A stretch of 64,000 nt of DNA from Trueperaceae bacterium (GTDB lineage: Bacteria > Deinococcota > Deinococci > Deinococcales > Trueperaceae): NCBI GenBank assembly GCA_965213705.1, contig OZ243913.1:320001-384000 (forward strand), read 5' to 3'. The position numbers were made by a program, and so were the translations under genes. How positions within the stretch are numbered: position 1 is the first letter of the stretch; each line of letters opens with the position of its first letter. This document shows positions 52,979-64,000 of this stretch, one piece after another. Under the pieces are notes generated by a model. The model was not told where the DNA came from and ran no database searches. It worked only from the letters and a program-made list of their open reading frames with translations.

Positions 52979-54099
52979 AGCTTGCCCAAACGGCGCTCCA
53001 AAGCCACAAGGCTGCTCAAGTTGTGCGAGGGCGCGAACACGTCTACAAAGGGCAGCGCGGTCCGCATCCCACTGGCGGTGGGTTCGTAGCCGGGGCTCGC
53101 CGCCAGCGGGTTGAGCCAGATGATGTGCCGGGTGCGCTCTTTTAAGCCCCGCATGGCTCTTGCCAACACGTCCAGCTCGCCCGTGTCCCAACCGTCGCTG
53201 TTGACAATCAAAATCGTTTTGTCGTCGAGGAGCTGACCGTAGCGCTCCAACAGGGCGGTCAGCGACGCGCCGATTTTGGTGCCGCCGCTGCGCCCCGGCA
53301 TGGCGAGCCGCGCCGCCCGCAACGCCTCGGCGACGCCGCCCCGCTGCAAGTGTGCGGTGAGTGGGTACAGCTCGGTGCTGAAGCCGAATACTTCGGTCCG
53401 GCTCGAGCGCCGCTCGCGCACGAAGGCGTAGGCGAGTTGCAGCAGCAACCCGCTGTGAACCATCATCGACCCCGACACGTCGAACACGAACACCACGCGC
53501 GTTTTGCCGGTCGCGCGGGTTTTATAGCGCAACTCCACGGGCACGCCGCCGAAGGCCAGACTGCGCCGTAAGGTCCGGCGCAGGTCGACGTGTCCACGGC
53601 GCTGCGCGGCGACCGTCCACCGTCTCGAGGGCCGGGTCGCCAAACGCTTGACGAGTCGCCGAACGAGTTTGGAAAGCACCTCGACCTCGCTCGTTTGCAC
53701 CGCGGCGTCGCCTTGCGCGACGACCTCCGCGGCGCTGTAGGCTTGCGTGTCCACCGTTTCGTCGCTGCCCTCGCCCGCCTGCCAGTCGAGGAGCGACACG
53801 CCCTGCAAACGGGGCGGTTTAGGCGGCGGGTTTTGTCTGGGCGCGGGGTCGGTGTCGTCTAATAAACCACCCCGCCAGTAATGCTCGAACAGCCACTCGA
53901 ACAGCCGCTGCTCGGCGGGCGAGGTCGCGAACAAACCGCGCAGCGCCAGGCGCACCTCGTCCCGGTCGGCCAAATCGACCGCGCCCAGCGCGGAGTGCGC
54001 CAGCGCCACCTCCTGCGGCGATACGAGCAGGTCGGCCGCCCGCAACCTGTGGGCGAAACTGAGGAGGTTGGCCTCGAGGGTGGCGGGATACGGCGTCAT
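52975..54099 (-). CDS. CoxE-like VWA domain protein
   Basis: DVSGSM MIDAS, GGTKIG, SDGWD, WLNPL. Confidence 0.9.
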   Translation of the reverse strand: MTPYPATLEANLLSFAHRLRAADLLVSPQEVALAHSALGAVDLADRDEVRLALRGLFATSPAEQRLFEWLFEHYWRGGLLDDTDPAPRQNPPPKPPRLQGVSLLDWQAGEGSDETVDTQAYSAAEVVAQGDAAVQTSEVEVLSKLVRRLVKRLATRPSRRWTVAAQRRGHVDLRRTLRRSLAFGGVPVELRYKTRATGKTRVVFVFDVSGSMMVHSGLLLQLAYAFVRERRSSRTEVFGFSTELYPLTAHLQRGGVAEALRAARLAMPGRSGGTKIGASLTALLERYGQLLDDKTILIVNSDGWDTGELDVLARAMRGLKERTRHIIWLNPLAASPGYEPTASGMRTALPFVDVFAPSHNLSSLVALERRLGKL

Positions 54100-54153
54100 A
54101 GCGTCATTCGTTCTTCGTGATTCGTAAAACTAACAACGAAAAGAACAATCCCC

Positions 54154-55098
54154 TTACCCCTGCCGGGCGCTCAACCGCTGCCAGGCCCGCTCGAGGCCCA
54201 CCTCTTCTTGACCCGGCTCGACGTTTTTGAGCGCGTCTAAAAGCGCGGGCAGCCACACCGAGCGAAAGCGCCGCTGGTCCTCGGCGTGTTTCAGCAGCAC
54301 GCTGACGGTGGTTTGCAGGGTTTCGGCGTCGAGCCGTTCGCGGTCGAACAGGGCCAAGGCCGCGGCCCAGTCCAGGCTTTCGGCGACGCCGGGCGTTTTC
54401 TCCAGCGGCAACCGGCGCAGCAGTTGCACCATCGCGACGACGCGCGCGCTCAAGGCCTCGCTCACGCCCGGCACCTTGGCGCGGACGATTTGCAGTTCTT
54501 TGTCGAACGGCGGGTAGTCCAGCCACAGGTACAAACAGCGCCGCCGCAGCGCGTCGGACAGTTCGCGGGTGCGGTTGCTTGTCAATACGGTAAAGGGGAC
54601 GTGTTCGGCGCGCACCGTGCCGAGTTCGGGCACGGACACTTGCCAGTCGGACAAGAGTTCGAGCAAAAACGCCTCGAACGCCTCGTCGGCGCGGTCGATT
54701 TCGTCGATGAGGAGGACCGGCGACCGGTCCCGCGTAATCGCCTTGAGGAGCGGCCGCTCGAGCAAAAAGTCGGGGCCGAAGATGGCGGCTTCGCGGGCCT
54801 CGAGGGTTTTGCTCGAGCCCTCTTCCATGCGGATATGGAGAAGCTGTTTTTGGTAATTCCACTCGTAAAGCGCGGTCGAGGCGTCCAGCCCTTCGTAACA
54901 CTGCAAGCGGATGAGTTCGGTCTCTTGCACCTCTGCCATCGCCTTGGCGATTTCGGTTTTGCCGACGCCCGCCGGGCCTTCGACCAGCAAAGGTCGCTGT
55001 AGGCGCTCGGCCAAGTGGACGGCCGTCGCAATCTCGCGTCCAGCGATGTAGCCGCGCGCTTCTAAGGTGGTTTGAATGGTCTCGATGTCGGCGTGCAT
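54154..55098 (-). CDS. CoxD/MoxR-type AAA+ ATPase
   Basis: EGPAGVGKTE, RLQCYEGLD, LIDEIDRAD, DALRRRC. Confidence 0.92.
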   Translation of the reverse strand: MHADIETIQTTLEARGYIAGREIATAVHLAERLQRPLLVEGPAGVGKTEIAKAMAEVQETELIRLQCYEGLDASTALYEWNYQKQLLHIRMEEGSSKTLEAREAAIFGPDFLLERPLLKAITRDRSPVLLIDEIDRADEAFEAFLLELLSDWQVSVPELGTVRAEHVPFTVLTSNRTRELSDALRRRCLYLWLDYPPFDKELQIVRAKVPGVSEALSARVVAMVQLLRRLPLEKTPGVAESLDWAAALALFDRERLDAETLQTTVSVLLKHAEDQRRFRSVWLPALLDALKNVEPGQEEVGLERAWQRLSARQG

Positions 55099-55144
55099 GG
55101 CTAGGCACCGTTATACCGCACGGAGCGCGGGAGGTGTTGTCTCG

Positions 55145-55222
55145 AGTAGGGAAGTAGGGGGTAGAGAGTAGGGGAGTAAAGGCTTTTGACCTTACCTCCT
55201 ACTCCCTCCCCCACCTCTCTAC
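55145..55222. repeat. G-rich/C-rich short repeats in an inverted arrangement
   Basis: gtagggaagtagggggtagagagtaggggag ... ttacctcctactccctcccccacctctctac; similar element at 61748-61800. Confidence 0.55.
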
Positions 55223-55264
55223 AAAACTCCTCGTATAATCCTCCCAACTGGAAAGGGGAAAACA

Positions 55265-56886
<1,622 letters not shown>

Positions 56887-56890
<4 letters not shown>

Positions 56891-58290
56891 GAAGTGGGTG
56901 TTTTTAGCTGCTCGAGTTCTTGTAAAAGAAGTTCATAATTTTCGGCAACCATGTGTGTATTTACGTGGCCCTCACCTAATCTATCGGTAACGATAGCTAA
57001 CGCTTCACGGTAGAGTGATTCGGCCTCATCATAACGTCCCGTGTTTTTAAGTAAGTTCGCTAGGTTGTTGAGGTCTCTCGCATAATTTGGATGTGCCTCT
57101 CCCAGAGTTTTTTTGTCAATCTCCACCGCTTTAAGAAAGAGCGATTCGGCTTCATCGTAGCGACCTGTATTCTCGAGCAAATACGCTAGATTGTTGAGAT
57201 TGGTAGCGTATCCTGGATGCCCATCTCCAAACACCTCTTTACTAATTTTTAATGCTTCACGGTAAAGTGATTCAGCCTCATCGTAGCAGCCTGTGCTTTC
57301 GAGCAAATTTGCTAAGTTGCTCAGGTCGATTGCATAGTTGGGATGTGTCTTTCCAAATATTTCCCTATCAATTTCCACCGCTTTGCGGAACAGCGACTCT
57401 GCTTCTCGATAGCGGCCTGTCTGTTCAAGCAAACCCCCTAAGTTATTTAAGTTAGCAGCGTAGTCTACATTTCTATTGCCTTTCTCTTTTGAGCTAATTT
57501 CGATTGCTTTACGGAGTAATGGCTCAGCTTCGTCATAGCGGCTCATGTTCATGTAGGCTAAAGCTAAATCGTTAAGCGCGTTGTTTAGTAGTTTGTCATG
57601 CTCCAAAACTCTTGCCAGTTCTAAATTGTGCTGCGCTTCATCTGCCATCATCTCGTAAAGGCCGAGTCCATAAAGAGCCTTCGTCAAACGTAGCCGCGTC
57701 CGAGCAACGTAAGCCAAATCCGGTTCATCCCGCTCCAACTGCCCCTTCAAAATCTCCCGGTACAGCGCAACTTGTTCTTCTAAATCGCCTCTTTCAAAGG
57801 CGTCGGCCTCCTCAAGTGCTCGGTAACTCGGCGCACCCGGCTCCAACTCACCCCGAACATCAAACACCCCACTCCGCCACGCCCAAAAGTCCGGCGCACG
57901 CTTCATCAGGCGTACAAGTTGCTCCTCGCGCAGCCACAGCACGACCGCGTGGGGCGCGTCTTCAAAAGCTTCACGCTGAATGTTCACGTAGCCTGCGAAC
58001 TTGTCGAAGTCGCTCTTGCCCTCCGGTAGGCTGCTGCCCAAAAAGGTGTAAAAGATGGCTTGGCGGGGTTCTTTGGGCAAGTCCAGAAACGTCCTGACCG
58101 GATTCAGGTTGTCGCCTTTGAGCGCGACTTCGGTCACGGGCAGGCTAATCAGGTTTTTTAGCTTAGTGGCGTTCTCGCGTTGTTCTTTGGCGTCGCGGTA
58201 GAGGACGAAGGTGATGACGGAGTTGTCGGTGGCCTCGAGCAGAACCTTTAGCTTTCTATAACTATGGTCTATGTCAGCTTGAGTGGGCAT
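56887..58290 (-). CDS. TPR protein with N-terminal degenerate NTPase-like domain
   Basis: VVLWL...APDFWAWRSGVF followed by about five 42-aa TPRs (HPNYA..LNNLA.LL..TGRYDEAESL). Confidence 0.88.
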
Positions 58291-58291
58291 G

Positions 58292-59542
58292 TCATTTTTT
58301 CAACAAGTCGTCGACTAAGGGGTTGACATCATACCAAATCTCATCGTTTTCGTATTCCAGGACGCTTAGGGTATGGAGAAGTTCTTGACTATGCTCGTCC
58401 TGATTTATGTCACGGCGCGTCTTGACTATTTTTAGTCGCGCAAGCTGTTCGTCGCTCAGCATACGTTTGAAACTCTTTCGTTCTCCGGCTATGGCAGCCT
58501 CTACATGGGCAACCCGTACGATGTTGCTGTCGGAAACCTCAGCTTCTAAACAGGCATCCCTAGCAAGCTTGAGAAGCTGGCGCGGCAACCCACCGCTGTA
58601 AGTTACAAGCAATTCGAGGGCTTCGTCTTCAAGAAGATGTGCCTCGAGACGGTTTAACAGAATGGTACTCAGCGCGGCTTTACCGGAAATACTGGGTCTG
58701 CCATTTTTGTTTTCGACCTTAAAGTTCGGCAAAGTGTAGGTAGCGCTGAAATAGTTGGAAATGTGCACAAAGTTGTCACTCCGGCTCAGCGCGACAGGGA
58801 AGGTATAAATAATAGCCAACTCGGGCGCGCTTATAGACTCGCCGTTGTCGTAAAAAATATTTTTGGCTTTGCTAAGGTCTGTTTTGTCGAGGTCTTCCAC
58901 AACGCATAGAACACGTTTCTGGGTCAGCTTTTCTATCTCTCTAGCAAGCGTGTCCAAACCCTCGAGCAGCTCAGAGACGCGGTGCTGAACTTTTTGGCGC
59001 ATGATGTCGCGGGTACTATGTTCACTCTTCATCTTGACACCCAACTGCGCGAACGTTGCTAACACACCACCGGCACCCACACTAACTTCTCCACTTCTGG
59101 ATGAACCACTTTCGCTTTGCACTTCGGCTTCTTTTCCAAACGACCACAGGGTCTCGAGTTGGGCGAGCGTCTTTTTCGACAAAGACAGTTTTTCGGTTTT
59201 TACCTTTTCAGCGAGTTGAACCGCCATCGACAGCAGAACGTCGATGTACTCTAGGTCGAACAGATTAAGGACATCTCTGAGCGGATAGCGCACGATGAAA
59301 AACTCGTCTTGTAAGTGCGCTTCGAGCTTGGCGAGTTCCGTACTTTTGCCGTTGCCCCGGTGACCCGTGAGCAGAAATTTCTGAGGATAGGCAACGCTGA
59401 GCATTTTTGCAACCCGTCTGATGGGGCTGTGCTCTCGTGAAACATAATAGTCTGCCAACTCTTTAAGCTCAAGTGAGTGAATGGGCTCGAGATTCTTAAT
59501 CGCCTCGTCCAAGTTTCGCGCTTTGTGCTCGAGCAGGGCCAC
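58292..59542 (-). CDS. P-loop ATPase (STAND-like)
   Basis: Walker A GHRGNGKST, Walker B CVVEDLDK, SGGLPR, C-terminal LEYEN..WYDVNPLV. Confidence 0.82.
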   Translation of the reverse strand: MALLEHKARNLDEAIKNLEPIHSLELKELADYYVSREHSPIRRVAKMLSVAYPQKFLLTGHRGNGKSTELAKLEAHLQDEFFIVRYPLRDVLNLFDLEYIDVLLSMAVQLAEKVKTEKLSLSKKTLAQLETLWSFGKEAEVQSESGSSRSGEVSVGAGGVLATFAQLGVKMKSEHSTRDIMRQKVQHRVSELLEGLDTLAREIEKLTQKRVLCVVEDLDKTDLSKAKNIFYDNGESISAPELAIIYTFPVALSRSDNFVHISNYFSATYTLPNFKVENKNGRPSISGKAALSTILLNRLEAHLLEDEALELLVTYSGGLPRQLLKLARDACLEAEVSDSNIVRVAHVEAAIAGERKSFKRMLSDEQLARLKIVKTRRDINQDEHSQELLHTLSVLEYENDEIWYDVNPLVDDLLKK

Positions 59543-59677
59543 ACCCCTAATCTAGCACGCTTCTTTTAAGACTCCGGCCCTTTACAAGGCGAAAACGAAA
59601 CTTCCTTAAACTGACGAGAACCCCACTTCACGCCGTCGCCGACGTTTGTTCAGAAGGAATCTGCTACCCTGTAACCA

Positions 59678-61744
59678 ATGTCCGACATCGACCTACGCGA
59701 CCCGCAGTATTATTTCAACCGCGAACTGTCCTGGCTGCGCTTTAACGAGCGCGTGCTGGCCGAGGCCGTCGACCCCGACAACCCGCTCTTGGAACAGCTC
59801 AAGTTTTTGGCGATTTTCAGCACCAACTTGGACGAGTTCATGATGATTCGCTACGCGGGCCTCAAAGAGCAAGCCGCCGCGGGCATCGACAAGCGCAGCG
59901 CCGACGGCCTGACGCCGGTCGAACAGCTCGACGCCATTGCCAGCACGCTGCACCCGCTCGTCGCCGAGCACCGCCGTTTGTTGGGTAAGGTCGTGCTGCC
60001 CGCGCTGGAAAAACACGGCGTCGCCGTGGTGCCTGTCGCCGAGTTGCAAGAGCGCGACCAGGCGGCGGTCGAAACCTTTTTCGAGGACGAACTGTTCCCG
60101 GTGCTGACGCCGCTCGCGGTCGACGCGACGCATCCGTTTCCGCGGTTACCGAATTTAAGTTTTTCGATCATGCTGGACGTGTTCGACCCCGAAACGCAGA
60201 CGACCAAAATGGCGGTCGTGCAAGTACCAGGCGTGCTGCCGCGCTTTTTGAAACTACCTGGCAAAGGCTACCGCTTCGCGATGTTGGAAGACATCATCAA
60301 AAGCCGGGTTGACGCGCTGTTTCCGGGTTACGAGGTCAAGCGCGCCCACGCCTTTAGGCTCACCCGCAACGCCGACATTGAAATTGCCGAGGACGAGGCC
60401 GACGACCTACTGCAGGTTATCGAGGACGAGGTGCGCCGCCGCCGCTGGGGCGACGCGGTGCGCTTAGAAGTCAGCGCGGACATGCCCAAAGCCTGGCGAC
60501 ACTACCTGCGCGACACCCACCGGCTCACCAAGGACGACGTCTACGACATCGACAACCACCTCAACGTCGGGGACTTTATGGAGTTGGCGCTCTTAGACAT
60601 TCCGCACCTGCGCTACCCGCCGTTTGTGACCCGGCTGCCGACTGAATACCGGTTCGAGGACAACATCTTCGACGCGGTGCGGCAGGGGGACATCCTCATC
60701 CATCACCCGTTTCACGACTTCGACGCGGTGTTGAACATGATAGAGCAAGCCGCCGACGACCCCAAGGTGCTCGCCATCAAACAGACGCTCTACCGCGTCG
60801 GCAACCGCTCGCCGGTGGTGGCGGCGCTCGCGCGGGCGGCGGGCAACGGCAAGCTCGTCACGGCGTTGGTCGAACTCAAGGCGCGCTTCGACGAGGAGAA
60901 CAACATCGTCTGGGCCAAAGAGTTGGAGCGCGCGGGCGTCCACGTCGTCTACGGCTTCGCCGGGCTCAAGACGCACTGCAAAGCCCTCCTCGTCGTGCGG
61001 CGCGAGGGCAAAGACATCCGGCGTTACGTCCACTTAGGCACCGGCAACTACAACCCCGGCACGAGCACGATTTACACCGACTTCGCGCTGCTCAGTTGCG
61101 ACGAGGACTTGGGCGCGGACACGTCCGAGCTGTTCAACTACCTCACCGGCTTTTCGAAACAGAACAGTTGGCGCAAACTCTGGATCGCGCCTGAAAACTT
61201 GCGTGACAAAATCATCGAGGCCATTGACCGGGAAACCGCCCACGCCGAGGCGGGTGAGGGTGGACACATCGTCGCGAAAATGAACGCCCTCGTCGACCCT
61301 GAGGTGATTCGGGCTCTATACCGGGCTTCACAAGCGGGCGTCAACATCGAACTCGTCGTGCGCGGCATCTGCTGTTTGCGGCCGGGCGTCAAGGGCGTGA
61401 GCGAGACGATAAGCGTGCGCAGCGTGGTCGGGCGATTTTTGGAGCACTCGAGGGCCTTTTACTTTCAGCACGGCGGCGCGGACAGCCTCTACATCGGCTC
61501 GGCCGACTGGATGCAGCGCAACTTAAACCGCCGCGTCGAGGCCCTGGTGCCGGTCGAGGACGAGCACCTGAAGCGAAAAATCATGCAAGTCTTCGACCTG
61601 ATGCTGCGCGACAACGAAAAAGCTCGAGTGCTGCGAAGCGACGGCAGCTACGTCTGCGTCAAGCGCAAACCCGGCCAAAAACGCCTGAACTCGCAAGAGC
61701 GGCTGTTAGAACTCTCGGCCAAGCGCCTGGCGCAGGTGGCGTGA
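59678..61744 (+). CDS. ppk1: Polyphosphate kinase 1
   Basis: FNRELSWLRFNERVL, HPFP, KQTLYR, ELKARFDEENNI, KTHCK, GRFLEHSR. Confidence 0.97.
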   Translation: MSDIDLRDPQYYFNRELSWLRFNERVLAEAVDPDNPLLEQLKFLAIFSTNLDEFMMIRYAGLKEQAAAGIDKRSADGLTPVEQLDAIASTLHPLVAEHRRLLGKVVLPALEKHGVAVVPVAELQERDQAAVETFFEDELFPVLTPLAVDATHPFPRLPNLSFSIMLDVFDPETQTTKMAVVQVPGVLPRFLKLPGKGYRFAMLEDIIKSRVDALFPGYEVKRAHAFRLTRNADIEIAEDEADDLLQVIEDEVRRRRWGDAVRLEVSADMPKAWRHYLRDTHRLTKDDVYDIDNHLNVGDFMELALLDIPHLRYPPFVTRLPTEYRFEDNIFDAVRQGDILIHHPFHDFDAVLNMIEQAADDPKVLAIKQTLYRVGNRSPVVAALARAAGNGKLVTALVELKARFDEENNIVWAKELERAGVHVVYGFAGLKTHCKALLVVRREGKDIRRYVHLGTGNYNPGTSTIYTDFALLSCDEDLGADTSELFNYLTGFSKQNSWRKLWIAPENLRDKIIEAIDRETAHAEAGEGGHIVAKMNALVDPEVIRALYRASQAGVNIELVVRGICCLRPGVKGVSETISVRSVVGRFLEHSRAFYFQHGGADSLYIGSADWMQRNLNRRVEALVPVEDEHLKRKIMQVFDLMLRDNEKARVLRSDGSYVCVKRKPGQKRLNSQERLLELSAKRLAQVA

Positions 61745-61747
61745 TTT

Positions 61748-61800
61748 GGGTAGGAGGTAAAACCGAAAGCTTTTACCCCCTACTTCCTACCCCCCACACC
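61748..61800. repeat. Intergenic inverted short-repeat element
   Basis: gggtaggaggtaaaa...ttttaccccctacttcctaccccccac between convergent genes. Confidence 0.5.
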
Positions 61801-61805
61801 CTGAC

Positions 61806-62759
61806 TCACCCCTTCCACACCTCGGGGTTGACCAGGTGCGCCGGGCGTTCGCCCTGCAACACCTGAACGACCTGCTCAAGCGCGCCGACGAACATCCGCG
61901 TTTTGCCTTCGGGCGTAGCCGAAGCGACGTGCGGCGTCACGACGACGTTTTCCAAGTGGAGCAGCGGGTTGTCCAACTCTGCGGGTTCGGGGTCGGTCAC
62001 GTCGAGGCCCGCCCCGAACAGGTGGCCGCTCTTGAGAGCTTTCAACAACGCCGCCTCGTCCACCAGACCGCCACGGCCTGCGTTGATAAAAATGCTGCCG
62101 CGCTTCATCGTGGCAAAAGTTGCCGTGTTCATGAGGTGCCGCGTTTCGGGCAGCAGCGGCGTGTGGAGGCTTAGGACGTCGGCTCGAGCCAACAGCTCGT
62201 CGAAACTCTGCACGCGCCCAACTCCGGCCCGTTGCATAACCTCGGCGGGAACGTAAGGGTCGAAGGTGACGACCTCCATCGCAAAGCCCTGCGCCATCCG
62301 CGCCACCAACCGGGCGATGCGCCCGAAGCCGGCCAGACCCAAGGTTTTGCGGGCGAGTTCCAGCGCGTGGTGCCGCGCGTGAAAGTCGCGCTCGCCCCCG
62401 CGCAGGCGCAGTTCGGACTGTTTGAGGTGTTTGGCAACCGCCAAGAGCAGCATGAAAGTTTGCTCTGCGGTAGGCACGCTCGGCGCGTCGGGGGTGTTCA
62501 CCACGGCGACGCCGCGCGCCGTCGCGGCGGCGATGTCCACCGTGTCCACCCCGATGCCGGTGCGGGCGATGACTTTGAGGTTGGGTGCCCTGTCCATCGT
62601 TTCGGCGGTGTAGCGAACGCCTCCGGCGACGACGCCGTCCGCCGCTTCGATACCGCGCAGCGGCTCGGCCTCGGTGCCGGGACCTATCGCCTCGGCGACA
62701 CCGGCGAAGAGGCTGTCGTGGCCCGCCAGGCGCTCGCGTTCGAACCAGATTTTTTTCAT
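61806..62759 (-). CDS. D-isomer-specific 2-hydroxyacid dehydrogenase (SerA-like)
   Basis: RTGIGVD, GFGRIA, INAGRG, GLDV..PEP, TPHVAS. Confidence 0.9.
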   Translation of the reverse strand: MKKIWFERERLAGHDSLFAGVAEAIGPGTEAEPLRGIEAADGVVAGGVRYTAETMDRAPNLKVIARTGIGVDTVDIAAATARGVAVVNTPDAPSVPTAEQTFMLLLAVAKHLKQSELRLRGGERDFHARHHALELARKTLGLAGFGRIARLVARMAQGFAMEVVTFDPYVPAEVMQRAGVGRVQSFDELLARADVLSLHTPLLPETRHLMNTATFATMKRGSIFINAGRGGLVDEAALLKALKSGHLFGAGLDVTDPEPAELDNPLLHLENVVVTPHVASATPEGKTRMFVGALEQVVQVLQGERPAHLVNPEVWKG

Positions 62760-62772
62760 CGCCCCGTCCGTC

Positions 62773-64000
62773 CTAAACCGCCGTCAGGTTCGCAAACTTT
62801 ACCAGCAGCCGCTTCGCCCCGGCCTCTTTGAACACGACGGTGAGTTCGGTGCCCGCGCCCTCGCCGCTCACGCCGACGACGGTACCCTCGCCGAAGCGGG
62901 GGTGTTTGACCCGCTCGCCGCCGCGGTAGGAGGTGCCCTTGTCGGTCTTGGCAGCGCCGTTGCTGCTGGACACGACCGGCGGTTGCCAGGTGGTTCTCGA
63001 GTACTTGTTCAAACTCCTGGGGTCGGTGAGTTCTTGCCCGAACACGTCCACATCGCTCAGCATCCCTTTGGGTACGTCTTCCAAAAAGCGGCTCGGCCGG
63101 GCGATTTCGGTGCGCCCGAAGCTCATGCGCGACTCGCAGTTGACCAAAAACAAGTCGTCCTGCGCCCGCGTGATGCCGACATAGAGCAAGCGCCGCTCTT
63201 CTTCCAAGTCCTGCAAGCTGCTCGTCGAGTTGCGGTGCGGGATGAGGTTTTCTTCGAGGCCGACGAGAAAAACGACGCCGAACTCCAAACCCTTCGCGTT
63301 GTGCAGCGTCATGAGGGTGACGGCCTCGTCCGGGACTTCTTCGTTGACGGCCTTCACGGCGCGGTCGTCCACGCTCGCCATCAGCGCGGCCTCGTCCAAA
63401 AACTCGGCAATCGAGCCGCCGCCCTCTTCGTCCCATTCTGTAACGGCGTTGAGGAGTTCTTCTAAGTTCTCGAGCCTGGCCTGCGCCTCGAACGAGGCCT
63501 CGTCCTTGAGCATCTGCATGTAGCCCGACGCGTCCATGACGAGTTTGAGAAACTGCGCCGCGGGCAGCGTTTCGGCGGCTTCGCTCAGGTCGTCCATGAG
63601 TTCTAAAAACCCGGCGATGCGCGCCACCGCGGGCGTGCCTTTCAAAATATCGTCAGCGGCGCGCAGAGCGTCTAAAAAGCGGACGCGCTTCTTTGTTGCG
63701 AACGCGACGAGCTTGTCCTCGCTCGTCTTGCCGATGCCGCGTTTGGGCCGGTTCATGACGCGCCGGTAGGCCATGTCGTCGGCGGGGTTGAGGGCGGCTC
63801 GAGCATAACTCAGGATGTCCTTGACCTCGCGCCGCTCGTAAAAGCCGACGCCGCCGACGATTTTCGCCGGAATCCCGGCGCGGCGCAAGGACTCTTCCAG
63901 CACGCGCGACTGCGAGTTCGTCCGGTAGAGGATTGCAAAGTCGTTGTAGCTGTAGGGTTTCTCGGCCATGAGTCGCTCGAGCTGCCGCGCCACGAAGTCG
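62773..64000 (-). CDS. uvrD: UvrD/PcrA helicase, 3' part (5' end outside the window)
   Basis: AILYRTNSQSR, TLHNAKGLEF, EEERRLLYVGITRA, C-terminal Tudor-like VKHPRFGEG. Confidence 0.93.
   Translation of the reverse strand, partial: DFVARQLERLMAEKPYSYNDFAILYRTNSQSRVLEESLRRAGIPAKIVGGVGFYERREVKDILSYARAALNPADDMAYRRVMNRPKRGIGKTSEDKLVAFATKKRVRFLDALRAADDILKGTPAVARIAGFLELMDDLSEAAETLPAAQFLKLVMDASGYMQMLKDEASFEAQARLENLEELLNAVTEWDEEGGGSIAEFLDEAALMASVDDRAVKAVNEEVPDEAVTLMTLHNAKGLEFGVVFLVGLEENLIPHRNSTSSLQDLEEERRLLYVGITRAQDDLFLVNCESRMSFGRTEIARPSRFLEDVPKGMLSDVDVFGQELTDPRSLNKYSRTTWQPPVVSSSNGAAKTDKGTSYRGGERVKHPRFGEGTVVGVSGEGAGTELTVVFKEAGAKRLLVKFANLTAV

Noticed and set aside
52975..55098. MoxR-VWA pair as a ternary conflict system
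   Set aside because: The motifs and the adjacent MocA-like gene fit CoxD/CoxE molybdoenzyme maturation better.
56940..57600. 126-bp DNA repeats as a non-coding array
   Set aside because: They are explained by the 42-aa TPR units of the protein.

Overview
GC-rich bacterial chromosome segment, most likely Deinococcota (Truepera/Trueperaceae-like). This is inferred from gene content (Uma2, lysN-type aminotransferase, Thermus-type sdhCDAB) and from many TANNNT -10 boxes placed directly before start codons. It holds about 60 genes: paaZ, a PrnC-like flavin halogenase next to a small acidic ORF and a DrrAB-type exporter, ttcA, a polyol ABC/dehydrogenase operon with a LacI regulator, guaD, kynU, sdhCDAB, aat, cysK, tal, a CoxD/CoxE/MocA-type trio, ppk1 and the 3' part of uvrD/pcrA. 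Accessory material is scattered among them: four toxin-antitoxin-like pairs (three toxins look disabled), three AT-rich inserts (a CFI-box-CTERM protein, a PD-(D/E)xK nuclease-like protein, and a STAND-like ATPase plus TPR pair) and an archaeal-type XPB/Bax1 pair split by an insertion. Sequence-level signals are strong over-representation of the palindrome CTCGAG, near absence of GATC, intergenic 7-bp tandem repeats, two REP-like palindromes and one candidate structured RNA. No tRNA, rRNA, CRISPR array or transposase was recognised. All calls come from reading motifs by eye; no database searches were run.
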